DNA of 64,000 nucleotides, taken from a candidate division WOR-3 bacterium. GTDB lineage: Bacteria; Hydrothermota; Hydrothermia; B15-G9; WFZT01. This document shows positions 1 through 10,094 of this stretch, in pieces (within the stretch, counting starts at the first letter, position 1; the number at the start of each line of letters is the position of its first letter). The stretch covers positions 32,001-96,000 of the forward strand of contig JALUEE010000078.1 of assembly GCA_027053075.1 (NCBI GenBank), read 5' to 3'. A program made the position numbers and the translations under genes. Below the pieces are notes generated by a model. It worked only from the letters and a program-made list of their open reading frames with translations. It ran no database searches and was not told where the DNA came from.

Positions 1-291
1 GAAAGTACCAATAGGATATTTCGGGAAAATCACAGCAAAGGCCGGAACACGTCCATCTGCAATCCAGTTTGAATAACTCGTAAAGAATGCAAACTGTCTC
101 AAATGGGCAATACCTGCTGGATTCCAGAAAATACTCGATGGATCATTTGCAACAGCAACGAATGCGTCTCCCATTCCTGAAGCTCTCGGGGTAACGCTGA
201 TGGACAGGAATTTGGCCCCTGCACTACCCACAGGAACCTGTGAGTACAGGGGAGCGCTCATTAAGGCAATTATTAACAATTTCTTAAGCAT
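1..291 (-). CDS. PorV/PorQ-family outer-membrane protein (5' part; runs off window start; not in ORF track)
   Basis: Manual translation from ATG at 291: MLKKLLIIALMSAPLYSQVPVGSAGAKFLSISVTPRASGMGDAFVAVANDPSSIFWNPAG. The FL..R..GMG.AF.A.A.D...FWNPAG N-terminus is typical of PorV/PorQ; GGAGG RBS upstream. Confidence 0.85.
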   Translation of the reverse strand, partial: MLKKLLIIALMSAPLYSQVPVGSAGAKFLSISVTPRASGMGDAFVAVANDPSSIFWNPAGIAHLRQFAFFTSYSNWIADGRVPAFAVIFPKYPIGTF

Positions 292-302
292 CACCAACCT
301 CC

Positions 303-2393
303 TTATTTAAGGATGAGAAACTTCCCAATCTTGTATTTGCCATCCGGTGTTTCAACCTTATAAATGTAGACGCCAGTAACAACTTTCTGCCCTGATCTCG
401 TCAGCAAGTTCCAGGCCTCTGAACCGTCAGTAGAAGAATTGTGAACTATTGTCTTAACCAGGTCACCACTCAGTGTGTAAATCCTTATTACTGCCTGTGG
501 AGGTAAATTGATGAATTCAACCTTATCGGCTATTTCAGATGCTGTCCATGGTGCCGAGCCCTTATAAGGATTGGGTACAACTTTAACGTTATCAACAGAG
601 CTGGCTGGCTGAGTGCCTATAACAAGAGCAAGCGGGTTGCCATCCTCGTCTTTCTTATAGTTATTTTTGGGGCTTTCGAGAGAATCATCATCAACTGCAA
701 CTACTACATAATAGTATGGGAATCCAACGGAAACTGTTGTATCAACATAGGAGTGCACAAATCCACCAGTTGAATCCTGGTGAAATTCAGCTATTAACTG
801 CCAGTTGGAGGGTGCAAAAACGGCTCTATAAACTCTATATGCTACGACATCAACAACTCCCTTAATAGGATCAGGAGTCCTTTCTGCATAATCATCCCAT
901 ATAAGTTCAACGCCCCGCTTGGTATAAGAGTACCTCAACCCGGGCGCAGCTGGGGGAACAGGAATATTCCAGTGACGATCCTCATCCGGTGCTGATGGAT
1001 GTGCAGGGTCACTATGCTCTGAACCTGCATAATAGGCTTTCAAAGCATTTTCCATCACCTGTCTCAAACCTAACAACCAGCCTCTACCCCAATAAGAATC
1101 ATAGCCACCATTCATTCCCTGTCCTACTCCTACGACCCATACGAATTTTAGTGTATCACCAGGTCTCAAAGTAAACGGTCCTACAGTGGAAAGGAAACGA
1201 TAATCAAATACAGATGCATGCAAATCCTCAGGATGTGGGGCATATCTATAATAGTGCCCATTCATATAGGTAGCTCTGTGATGACCCTTTAAATAGTTGT
1301 AAATATCCTCATCAGTAGCCGGGTCACTTTCCCAGTTCCACCACTGGTGAGACCATGGTCTTACTATTCTGCATGTATCACCATTAACGACCCAGGTCGT
1401 ATCTGAAGGTGCTGGAGGAGTATACAACCAGCTACCGCCTATATATCCAGCGCATGCTCCACCTTCACCTGTATCATCACCTGGATCTGCCGGATTATCA
1501 CCATCGTAAATATAGGAAATGCCTCTTGGAATCAGATAACCCCTGATGGTGTCCGTATCACTTCTAACGATCGTCCATGCAGCAGCTGAATCAACAATAT
1601 GTTCATTATCCTCGTCACCCCATACCAGATACTGGTCGGGAATACCATCGGGTTGTGCCAGAAAAGTATCAGGAAGAACTGTAAAGCTATCTACTGGCTC
1701 TCTGTGTCTAAAATTCGGATTATTCCATTCACCGTTTGTCCAGCCATCAAAAGACACAAGGTCATCAATGTGTGGATCAGAAGGATCAGCTCCGCAAACA
1801 TCACAGTCATACCACATTCCAAGGTACAGGCTGTCGAGTTCCGCAGGCGGAGAGGAACCAATGTCACATTCATTGGGGTCATAAGTTATATAAAATTCAT
1901 GAGCAATAAAATTGTTGTACGGGTAATGTGGCCAGGCGAGAGTGTGAATCACAACTTTAATTCCAGAATGTCTTCCCGGTGTATTCTTCGGATTAGATTT
2001 GTAATCATTGATAGAAGTATAAACATCCCATGCAGATTCTCTTGGACCCGCCACAGAGTTATAGTCACTCGTGTAGTTCCATTCTCCATCAGGATAGTTA
2101 TGAGATGTTACATACACATTATCACCGACTTTAAATCCGATGGTGAAATAGCTACCCCACAAGTAATATGGATGTCCATTACCGCCGGGCCAATCATATC
2201 CATAATCGTTGTTGTTGAAATCTCCTCCGAGACTTCCAAAATTACTTATGTAGTTCCACACATTGCCAACAGTAATGTTAAACTTCTGCTTCTTGGAGTC
2301 TTTGGTGCTCATTACACCCGTAGAAGAACCGGTATCTCTCGCACCCAACACAGTGAATGCAAGAAATGCACTTAGCAAAATTGCTCTTTTCAT
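303..2393 (-). CDS. Secreted protein with fibronectin-like domain and T9SS type A-like C-terminal sorting domain
   Basis: Signal peptide; C-terminus VKVVPNPY...IRIYTLSGDLVK...WNL...GVYIYKV...GKFLILK. Confidence 0.8.
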   Translation of the reverse strand: MKRAILLSAFLAFTVLGARDTGSSTGVMSTKDSKKQKFNITVGNVWNYISNFGSLGGDFNNNDYGYDWPGGNGHPYYLWGSYFTIGFKVGDNVYVTSHNYPDGEWNYTSDYNSVAGPRESAWDVYTSINDYKSNPKNTPGRHSGIKVVIHTLAWPHYPYNNFIAHEFYITYDPNECDIGSSPPAELDSLYLGMWYDCDVCGADPSDPHIDDLVSFDGWTNGEWNNPNFRHREPVDSFTVLPDTFLAQPDGIPDQYLVWGDEDNEHIVDSAAAWTIVRSDTDTIRGYLIPRGISYIYDGDNPADPGDDTGEGGACAGYIGGSWLYTPPAPSDTTWVVNGDTCRIVRPWSHQWWNWESDPATDEDIYNYLKGHHRATYMNGHYYRYAPHPEDLHASVFDYRFLSTVGPFTLRPGDTLKFVWVVGVGQGMNGGYDSYWGRGWLLGLRQVMENALKAYYAGSEHSDPAHPSAPDEDRHWNIPVPPAAPGLRYSYTKRGVELIWDDYAERTPDPIKGVVDVVAYRVYRAVFAPSNWQLIAEFHQDSTGGFVHSYVDTTVSVGFPYYYVVVAVDDDSLESPKNNYKKDEDGNPLALVIGTQPASSVDNVKVVPNPYKGSAPWTASEIADKVEFINLPPQAVIRIYTLSGDLVKTIVHNSSTDGSEAWNLLTRSGQKVVTGVYIYKVETPDGKYKIGKFLILK

Positions 2394-2407
2394 TTATTAA
2401 TACCTCC

Positions 2408-5400
2408 TTAAAAACCCTTCAATTTGAATTCAAGACCCAAACGTGTCGTTCTACGTGGATAATAAACTGCAGGATTCTTTACCTCACCTTCTGGCATATG
2501 GAACTGCACGTACCAATCAACATTCTCAAAACGATTCAAGTCTTTCCTGTTTGTCACGTTCAACACATCAACGTAGAATCTGAACTTAGCCTTGCCTATC
2601 TCGAAATTCTTGATGAACTTCATATTAAGCTGCATGTGAGATGGCAATCTTGCCGAATTAATCTTTTCAACAGCATCACGTGGTGTTCTAATCGGTGGAG
2701 TATAAGGATAACCACTGCCATAGGTGAACTGGAACATCAAACTGAAGTTATCAAGATACCTGATATTAGCAAGGCTCTTGTTCTTGGGGAAAACTACGCC
2801 AAAATTGGCCACAAGGCTGTGCCTCTGGTCCCAATCAAGTGGAGACTCTTTGTGAGGCAGAGGATAACCTCTCCACATCCAGTCATAAGCATTAAATGGA
2901 GATGAGAAAGAACCATATGCATACTGCAGCGTGTAATCAATTGATAATGTCAGGAAAGGTAGCACCATTCCACCAGGCCTCTTGGAGAAAGAGAATTCGA
3001 TTCCACGAACTGTACCCCAGTCTTCATTTACATAAGTCGAATAATTGGCGCCTGCAATTCCGTATGAGAACTGCTTTAATCTCGACCACTTGAGTATGTC
3101 TTTATAAAACGCTGTCACGTCTACGACCATCTGATTATTTATAGCATGCTTAAGTCCCAGCTCATAAGATATAGTTTTTTCCGGCTCTATATTAGCATTT
3201 CCTACAATAGGGAATGCTCCTGAGAATACATAATTACTCAAAATCTGATAAAATGGAGGTATCTGCAGATAATGACCGTAAGTAAAGTGCAGTACATCCC
3301 TGTCACTGATTGGATGTGATACTCCCAACCTTGGACTTATATACCACTTTGAACCAACCTTAACAGGATTCTTCATCATTCTTATGGTGTGCCACAGTGA
3401 ATCTGATACAAAAGGATCATTACTGTCGGAAATAGCATATCCGCCAGAGTTGTAATAATCAATTCTGAAGCCCACTTTCGCGATCATTCCCTCCATCTCA
3501 ATCTTGTCTCTCAAATAAGCGGCAAATACCCAAGGAACTGCCGGATGATCGTTAAACCAGTTGATAAACGTGTAAGGGTCTCCAGGCCTGGAGGTCAAAT
3601 GAGGATTCAAAAGCGTGAGATACACGTTACCACCCGAGGCATAATCTGCACCGTAACGAGTGATGTTGATTCTCTTATACTCCATCCCTGCGAGGATTTC
3701 ATGGTGTTTCGTAACCTGACTGGTCAACTTTGTTGTGAACGTGAGATAACTACTGTTTCCATAGTACCACTGGCTACGCTGCCACGTGTTCATTCCGGGC
3801 AGATACTGTCCGCCAACTTTCAACAAAGTATCAATCACAGTAACTATACTATCAGTAAACTCATGCCCTTTAAGAGGCCACCTGAATGGGAACTCGTAGA
3901 AATCATTAGATACCTGGAGCACAGTATCGACATAAGTATTACCGGAATCATCCATGGCTTCTACCACGAGCACCTTCAGGTCAACATTTGACCTCTGGCC
4001 CCATCCCTCCGTATTCAAAACACTGAAAATAGTGTCAACTGTGTCACGGAAAATAGGATCGACAATAAACATCTCCTCAGCTTCAGGCCACCACTTGGGA
4101 CCTGAACCTATAGATGGATAAAGGGCCTGTACCTTCGTGTCCCACCAGTAATACGGAATCTCAACATAACCCGCCGACCAGTTAATCTCAGGGTGTACAG
4201 TATCTCCATTGGGAGATACATAACTGTATAGTGAATCAATATTTATCCACTCCCAGTGTGTATGGACTGAGTCTATCCTACCGTGAGTTCTAAATGTATC
4301 AATCACAAGTTTTTTAAAGTAATCAAGGTCTACCTCCACAAAACCATCTTTATCTCGGTCCGCAAAGTCATCCACTCCATCTCTGTCTACATCTTCCATT
4401 ACATTGGACTCAAGCTTTCTGCGGAAGTAACCAAGTCTCAGCTCCCAGTATGTTCTTGATGAAAATATCTTATTGATACCAAAGATAAACTGGAGCTGGT
4501 TATCGTCATTGTATGAAGTGTGATCGAGTGCAAGCCTCCAGTATGGAGAATATCCTCTCGTGTGTGCCTTTGCCCAGAACCCACTTGTAAAGAACTTCCA
4601 GGAAGCGAGGGGATATGTAATCTTCCACTGGAAATTTTTCCTCACATTCCAGAATTTAGGGTCAGGAGATACAGGGAATCTGCCCTTATTGGTCTGATAT
4701 TGCCCAGAAATGAAGAATTTAGCACCACTCCTATTTCTGGGATTTATTGGGCCACCAAAGCTAAACTGAGTGATGTAATCCCTTGAATGATGTCTTCCAA
4801 CAGGACTGTTGAAATCAAGATTCTTACCGGTCAGAAAGTCATAATATTCGTCGCCCCAGTTTCTATCCAGAAAACCGTATATTTTGTCTCCAAGGAAAGA
4901 AAAGTCAGATGTAACGGTCTCAAGTGTGAATCCATATTTAGGACCACCTTCTTTTGTAACAATATTAATAGTACCGGATGAGACCGTTCCCTGATCCACA
5001 TCAAATCCACCTTTCGATATTGATGTTTCTTCGATGGAGAGGAGGGGAATATTCGCAAATGTATTATTACTATAAGGATCGCGAATTTCTACACCATCAA
5101 TAACGTATACCACTTCGTCAGGACGACCACCTCTAACATGAAGACCTCCTCTTGCAATAACTCCGGCCTGCTGGGATACCACCTGAGCAACATTTGTAAC
5201 AGGCAGCTCGGCCAATTGCGAGGATTTTACTATGTCCACACTTGCAGTCAGGTCTTTTTTAATGATGGGTTCCTTTGCAACTGCGACAACCTCTTTTGTC
5301 ACAAGAGTTGCAGGCTCAAGTTTAAAATTGACCTCTGTGGTTCTATCTACATCAACTGTTACATTCTCTACCTTCATCGTTTTGTAACCGATGTAGGAAC

Positions 5401-5623
5401 ACGTCAGGGTATACGTACCAGGAGGCACATTTAAAATAACATAATAGCCATCCTGGTCAGAAGATGCTCCCATTCTCGTCCCCTCTATTATTATGTTAGC
5501 AGCCGGAAGTGGTTCACCAGTATGCTTGTCGGTGACTCTACCGACAATTTTACCAGTAGTTCCGGCTGTGAGGGACGAAAATGCAAATAGGAGCGCCAGC
5601 ACCCACACATTCTTAAGCCTCAT
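2408..5623 (-). CDS. TonB-dependent receptor (carboxypeptidase-regulatory-like N-domain, plug, barrel)
   Basis: GKIVGRVTDKHTGEPLPAANI; plug motif LHVRGGRPDEVVYVIDG; C-terminal RLGLEFKLKGF. Confidence 0.9.
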   Translation of the reverse strand: MRLKNVWVLALLFAFSSLTAGTTGKIVGRVTDKHTGEPLPAANIIIEGTRMGASSDQDGYYVILNVPPGTYTLTCSYIGYKTMKVENVTVDVDRTTEVNFKLEPATLVTKEVVAVAKEPIIKKDLTASVDIVKSSQLAELPVTNVAQVVSQQAGVIARGGLHVRGGRPDEVVYVIDGVEIRDPYSNNTFANIPLLSIEETSISKGGFDVDQGTVSSGTINIVTKEGGPKYGFTLETVTSDFSFLGDKIYGFLDRNWGDEYYDFLTGKNLDFNSPVGRHHSRDYITQFSFGGPINPRNRSGAKFFISGQYQTNKGRFPVSPDPKFWNVRKNFQWKITYPLASWKFFTSGFWAKAHTRGYSPYWRLALDHTSYNDDNQLQFIFGINKIFSSRTYWELRLGYFRRKLESNVMEDVDRDGVDDFADRDKDGFVEVDLDYFKKLVIDTFRTHGRIDSVHTHWEWINIDSLYSYVSPNGDTVHPEINWSAGYVEIPYYWWDTKVQALYPSIGSGPKWWPEAEEMFIVDPIFRDTVDTIFSVLNTEGWGQRSNVDLKVLVVEAMDDSGNTYVDTVLQVSNDFYEFPFRWPLKGHEFTDSIVTVIDTLLKVGGQYLPGMNTWQRSQWYYGNSSYLTFTTKLTSQVTKHHEILAGMEYKRINITRYGADYASGGNVYLTLLNPHLTSRPGDPYTFINWFNDHPAVPWVFAAYLRDKIEMEGMIAKVGFRIDYYNSGGYAISDSNDPFVSDSLWHTIRMMKNPVKVGSKWYISPRLGVSHPISDRDVLHFTYGHYLQIPPFYQILSNYVFSGAFPIVGNANIEPEKTISYELGLKHAINNQMVVDVTAFYKDILKWSRLKQFSYGIAGANYSTYVNEDWGTVRGIEFSFSKRPGGMVLPFLTLSIDYTLQYAYGSFSSPFNAYDWMWRGYPLPHKESPLDWDQRHSLVANFGVVFPKNKSLANIRYLDNFSLMFQFTYGSGYPYTPPIRTPRDAVEKINSARLPSHMQLNMKFIKNFEIGKAKFRFYVDVLNVTNRKDLNRFENVDWYVQFHMPEGEVKNPAVYYPRRTTRLGLEFKLKGF

Positions 5624-5648
5624 ACTTTATACCTCCTATTTTTTCTTA

Positions 5649-6296
5649 TCAATGCTCTAACTTAAATATGAATGGAATTGCGACCCAGACCTTTACTGGT
5701 TTGTCTCTCTGACGACCCGGGGTAAATACAAACTGTTTGGCCGCAGCAATCGCTGGCTTGATAAATATGGGGTTCGTGGCTTTTAAAACAACCACTGAGT
5801 CCACTCTCCCCTGTTCGTTCACAAGCACTTTAACAAAAACTCTTCCCTCAATACCAGCTTTACGTGCAAGCTCAGGGTATTGAGGCTCAACCTGCTTTAC
5901 AACCTTTGGCTTAACTTCTACTGCAAAGAATTCATATGTTTTTTCAACCTTTGGGGGAGGTGGAGCTTCAAGCTCATTAAAGGTTGTGGTGGGAGTAAAT
6001 TCGATCTCTTTCTCTGCTTCCTGCTCTTCTTCATCGGAAACATCATTACTCTCTTTAATTTCAACTGGTAATTTTGGCTTTGGTGGAGGCGGCGGTTCTT
6101 TAATCTCCTCCACCTGTGTATTAACCTGCTCCACGATGGTGGTTATCTCAGATTTGGGTTTATAAGGACTAACCTCTACTTTCTTAACCCCAACAAAAAT
6201 TGCGATAAACATAGCAAGGGTTATACCCACCGCGAGGAGCATATTTGTTCCATACTCTTCTTCGAGAGTCAAATTCTTCTTTTCTTTCTCTGCCAT
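5649..6296 (-). CDS. tonB: Energy transducer TonB
   Basis: N-terminal TM helix, Pro-rich linker, YPELARKAGIEGRVFVKVLV TonB C-domain. Confidence 0.9.
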   Translation of the reverse strand: MAEKEKKNLTLEEEYGTNMLLAVGITLAMFIAIFVGVKKVEVSPYKPKSEITTIVEQVNTQVEEIKEPPPPPKPKLPVEIKESNDVSDEEEQEAEKEIEFTPTTTFNELEAPPPPKVEKTYEFFAVEVKPKVVKQVEPQYPELARKAGIEGRVFVKVLVNEQGRVDSVVVLKATNPIFIKPAIAAAKQFVFTPGRQRDKPVKVWVAIPFIFKLEH

Positions 6297-6352
6297 CTAA
6301 TCACCTCGTGGTTATCATTTATATATATTCAAAGTCTCTTTACTGTCAAGAC

Positions 6353-6763
6353 TTACTTCTTTGGATACAGTGTTGCGAATACCACACGAAAGGCCTGTGC
6401 ATCCCTTAGAGCGTCCATAACCTCATTAACGTATTTGTATTCAACTCTCTTATCGGCCTTGATGTAGGCAATTGTGGAAGGATTCTCTGAGAGTTTAATC
6501 TTGAATGCGACAGTCACCTGAGGAGGCTGAACTATCTTGTCATCCACAGAAATTCGACCATCTTTGTCAATGTATATATGCGCAAGGTCTCTCTGCTTGA
6601 TAATCCTCTCCGTGGTTTTTGCTGTGGGCAGGATAACTTTCAAGCCGATCTCCTTACGGAATACAGTGGTGACCATGAAGAATATGAGCAACAGGAATGC
6701 AATATCTGACATGGACGCTGTTGGAATATTAACCTTCATCTCTCTTTTGCGTTCGAGCTTCAT
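6353..6763 (-). CDS. exbD: Biopolymer transporter ExbD
   Basis: SMSDIAFLLLIFFMVTT TM motif. Confidence 0.9.
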   Translation of the reverse strand: MKLERKREMKVNIPTASMSDIAFLLLIFFMVTTVFRKEIGLKVILPTAKTTERIIKQRDLAHIYIDKDGRISVDDKIVQPPQVTVAFKIKLSENPSTIAYIKADKRVEYKYVNEVMDALRDAQAFRVVFATLYPKK

Positions 6764-6767
6764 GTCG

Positions 6768-7187
6768 CTAACCTCCAGCCTTAATTATACCCAGTGCCAC
6801 CCTCGTGGCTTTAGGCACCTGTTTCACCTGGTCAAACACCTGTATCATCCGCTCATAAGGCGCTTTTTCGTTGGTCTTGATAAGAATGATCAGCTTGGGA
6901 TTCTTTTCGAGTCTTTCTTTAAGAATAGGCTGAATCTGATCAAGAGTAACCGGCTTATCTCCAATAAATATCTGACCCTGGTCGTTAATCGAAATTTTGA
7001 GGATATTCTTCGACTTGATCTTAACGATTTCCGTGGTTTTTTCCGGTAGAACAAGCTTCAACCCTTTATCACGGGCAAAGATAGTCGTAGTCATAAAGAA
7101 AATGATGAGCAGGAACGCAATATCAGCCATTGATGCGGTGGGGATTTCGGCTTCCTCAGGAGGTTTTGCTTTTCTAAAAATAGCCAA
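6768..7187 (-). CDS. exbD: Biopolymer transporter ExbD (second copy)
   Basis: SMADIAFLLIIFFMTTT TM motif. Confidence 0.9.
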   Translation of the reverse strand: MAIFRKAKPPEEAEIPTASMADIAFLLIIFFMTTTIFARDKGLKLVLPEKTTEIVKIKSKNILKISINDQGQIFIGDKPVTLDQIQPILKERLEKNPKLIILIKTNEKAPYERMIQVFDQVKQVPKATRVALGIIKAGG

Positions 7188-7201
7188 TTTAATTACCTCC
7201 C

Positions 7202-7837
7202 TCAGGCTTCTTGTTTAATAATCTCTTTCTCGAGGAGATACTCTATAAGTTCATTAGCGGCCTCTTCTGTGGCCCTTGAATATCCATTAATCTTGGACTG
7301 GAAAATTGCATAGAAAAGAGCGACAGGCGCCGCGATCAAAAGTCCGGTAGCCGTTGTGATCAATGCCTCTGAAATACCAGAGGCAACAAGCGTAGGCTCC
7401 ACTTCTCCGGCAAGAGCAATTGCCTGGAACGCCTTAATCATTCCTGTAACTGTTCCCAGGAATCCGATGATCGGCGCAAGTGTAGCCGTAGCTGAAAGAT
7501 AAATCATACCTCTGTCAAGAAATCCCATCTCTGAAGAGGCCTTCGCTGCCATTGCCTCTTCAACAACTGTCCTTCCTCTGTGGACCTTCTCAAGTCCGGC
7601 AAGAAGGACCTTTGCAATAGGCTTCTTATTTTTCTGCAAATACTCTATTGCAGCATCCAGACCCTCTTCCTCAATGAGGGTCGTGACCTTTTCCACAAGC
7701 TTGCGCGGGTTCGTGCTCGCCTTCACAAGCAGTGTAATGATTCTCTCTATGATGATTGCGGTTCCAAGGATAGCTAACGCGAGGAGCAACCACATCATTG
7801 AACCGCCCTTATTGAAGTATTCAACAAGTCCTTGCAT
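7202..7837 (-). CDS. exbB: MotA/TolQ/ExbB proton channel protein
   Basis: APIIGFLGTVTGMIKAF and GISEALITTATGL motifs. Confidence 0.92.
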   Translation of the reverse strand: MQGLVEYFNKGGSMMWLLLALAILGTAIIIERIITLLVKASTNPRKLVEKVTTLIEEEGLDAAIEYLQKNKKPIAKVLLAGLEKVHRGRTVVEEAMAAKASSEMGFLDRGMIYLSATATLAPIIGFLGTVTGMIKAFQAIALAGEVEPTLVASGISEALITTATGLLIAAPVALFYAIFQSKINGYSRATEEAANELIEYLLEKEIIKQEA

Positions 7838-7912
7838 TATTTAACCTCCCTTGTTTTTGTTTTTCGCAATAGTCCATTTTAAATTCATAAAACCCAATTG
7901 TCAAGCAAAAAA

Positions 7913-8713
7913 CTATATTTTAAGAGGCTTTAGACCGCCTAACTTATCTCCATTGTAGTCCACTTCTGCAAGGAGAATTTCTTTACCCTTTTGGGCTGCT
8001 TCCCTTAAAAGCTTATCCATGTTTCCACCCTCCCTGATGCAAATGCCCACTATCACATCAGAAAGGGCTACAACCACTCTATCCCGCATAAGCATGGAGC
8101 CTGGCGTTCCCATATCGTCAAGCCCTGAAAATGAGATAATAGCATCAAATCCTAAATTGAGCCTTCGCTTCGTTATCTGGAATATTCCTCTGTCACTCAC
8201 CGCAACTCGCTTTCCACCTATATTTTCAAAAAACCTATAATTTCTTCCATAAAGCCCTCCAACTGCCACACCAGAAAAACTTTTCCCTGCATCAAGTGAA
8301 AGTCTCATACATTTCTCATCTGCATCTCTGGAATTCAAGAGAGAAAAGGTCTCACTGTTTAATAATTCCATATCCCCACGCGCGTAAATAATAGGTGGCG
8401 GATAATCCATAAAATCCTTGAGTTTAGAAGGATATGTTTCATCAAAAACTGAAACAGCCCTAAACCCCGACTCGCGCATTTTCTCACTCGCCTCTCGAGC
8501 TTTATAAATCAAATTGTTAAGCTGGTTACCAAGGGCGTTAGCCGAGACTTCAAGGAGTCCAAACCTCTCCCTGTAAACTTCAAAAGGGAACTCAAGAAAC
8601 CTCGAGGGAGAAATTCCCTCAAAATACAAAGCACGCAAAACTTTATAAATTGTCCTGTCTCTGATTCCAGGAACAAGATGAAGCAGTATGAGGAAAAATT
8701 CCATTTCCCCCAT
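7913..8713 (-). CDS. DprA/Smf-like DNA-processing protein (short, divergent)
   Basis: YPSKLKDFMDYPPPIIYARGD and MRDRVVVALSD resemble the DprA YP..L......PP..Y..G and RNR...ALS motifs. Confidence 0.6.
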   Translation of the reverse strand: MGEMEFFLILLHLVPGIRDRTIYKVLRALYFEGISPSRFLEFPFEVYRERFGLLEVSANALGNQLNNLIYKAREASEKMRESGFRAVSVFDETYPSKLKDFMDYPPPIIYARGDMELLNSETFSLLNSRDADEKCMRLSLDAGKSFSGVAVGGLYGRNYRFFENIGGKRVAVSDRGIFQITKRRLNLGFDAIISFSGLDDMGTPGSMLMRDRVVVALSDVIVGICIREGGNMDKLLREAAQKGKEILLAEVDYNGDKLGGLKPLKI

Positions 8714-8772
8714 TCAACTATTATGGAATCCTCACCTTCCTTTTTCAACTTAGAGGGTATAGAATCAATCCC

Positions 8773-9687
8773 ATGCAATGTGCAGTTATTGATGTAGGCT
8801 CAAATTCCGTTCTTCTTGCCGTTGCAGACGAGAATGGAAATCCCATCCTCGAGCTTGATCGTGTTACAGCATTAGGTGAGGGACTAAATACCTCGAAAAG
8901 GCTCAGGCATGATGCAATGGAGAGAACCGCCCTCGCCATGTGCGATTTCAAAAGGAGAGCAGAAGAGATGGGAGCTGAAAGGGTGATTGCGGTCGGTACA
9001 ATGGCTCTCCGGGTAGCTTCAAATTCAGGTGATTTTCTAAAGCTGGTAAACGACCTTTGCGGCATCGAAATAAAAATCATATCCGGTGATGAAGAAGCAA
9101 AACTCTCGTATGAGGCAGCCGTTTCATCACTTAAACTTTCCGGCAGCACCGTAGTGTCAGACGTTGGAGGAAGAAGTACAGACATAGCCTATGGTGAAGG
9201 TGAAAATCTTATCCGCACCTATAGTCTTGATTTGGGTGCCCTGAAAATCCTTGAGGGCAGCCATCTCAATTTTAAAGAAACTTCGCACTTTAGTGACATC
9301 CAACAACTGAAGAAAGAAATTTTCGAATATCTCAGCGAAAATCTTCTTAAAACCACCCCTCAGAACTTCGTTATAATAGGCGGAACAGCCACCAATCTTG
9401 CCGCCATGAAACTACAACTCAGGCAATATGCCCCCGAGAAGGTTCACGGCTTAGAACTTTCGAGGACATCTATTGAAGAACTCCTCAATAAGCTTATCTC
9501 AATGCCGATTTCGGCTCGAAGGAAACTGATCGGACTTCAACCCGAGAGGGCAGAGGTAATAATTCCGGGAACAATAATTATCCTTGCTTTAATGGATTTT
9601 TACGGCCAGGATTATGCTATCGTGAGCGATAGAGGGTTGAGACACGCGATTCTTGCCCGGTGTTACTCAAACAAACTCAAGAGGTAG
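8773..9687 (+). CDS. ppx: Ppx/GppA exopolyphosphatase family protein
   Basis: AVIDVGSNSV, ISGDEEAKLSY, DVGGRST, SDRGLR motifs. Confidence 0.88.
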   Translation: MQCAVIDVGSNSVLLAVADENGNPILELDRVTALGEGLNTSKRLRHDAMERTALAMCDFKRRAEEMGAERVIAVGTMALRVASNSGDFLKLVNDLCGIEIKIISGDEEAKLSYEAAVSSLKLSGSTVVSDVGGRSTDIAYGEGENLIRTYSLDLGALKILEGSHLNFKETSHFSDIQQLKKEIFEYLSENLLKTTPQNFVIIGGTATNLAAMKLQLRQYAPEKVHGLELSRTSIEELLNKLISMPISARRKLIGLQPERAEVIIPGTIIILALMDFYGQDYAIVSDRGLRHAILARCYSNKLKR

Positions 9688-10094
9688 AAAAAGGCAAAAA
9701 CGTATCCTTCAAAGCCCATTCCAGCTATCACAGCATCCGCAGCCCTCGCAGTGATAAGGGAATGACGAATCTCCTCTCTTTTAAACACGTTTGATATGTG
9801 AACCTCAACGATCTTGCCATCAAATGCCCTTAGCGCGTCAAGAATGGCAATACTGTAATGAGAATAAGCACCTGGATTTATGATAATTCCATCCACTGAG
9901 CCAATGCATTGATGAATAAAATCCACAATCTCACCCTCGCTATTGGACTGGAAAAACTTAAATTCAACATTCTTCCCTTCAGAAGCTTCTATAAGCATCT
10001 TCTCAAGCTCTTCAAGGGTGCCAGAGCCGTATATCTCAGGCTCCCTTCTGCCAAGAAGGTTGAGATTTGGCCCATTGATCACAGCTATCTTCAT
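9663..10094 (-). CDS. aroQ: Type II 3-dehydroquinate dehydratase
   Basis: NGPNLNLLGRREPEIYG, QSNSEG, INPGAYSHYS, EVHISN. Confidence 0.96.
   Translation of the reverse strand: MKIAVINGPNLNLLGRREPEIYGSGTLEELEKMLIEASEGKNVEFKFFQSNSEGEIVDFIHQCIGSVDGIIINPGAYSHYSIAILDALRAFDGKIVEVHISNVFKREEIRHSLITARAADAVIAGMGFEGYVFAFFYLLSLFE

Noticed and set aside
1546..2905. Long antisense ORFs (e.g. 1599-2375, 2357-2905; also 48260-49039)
   Set aside because: Shadow frames opposite well-supported genes, with no recognisable motifs.
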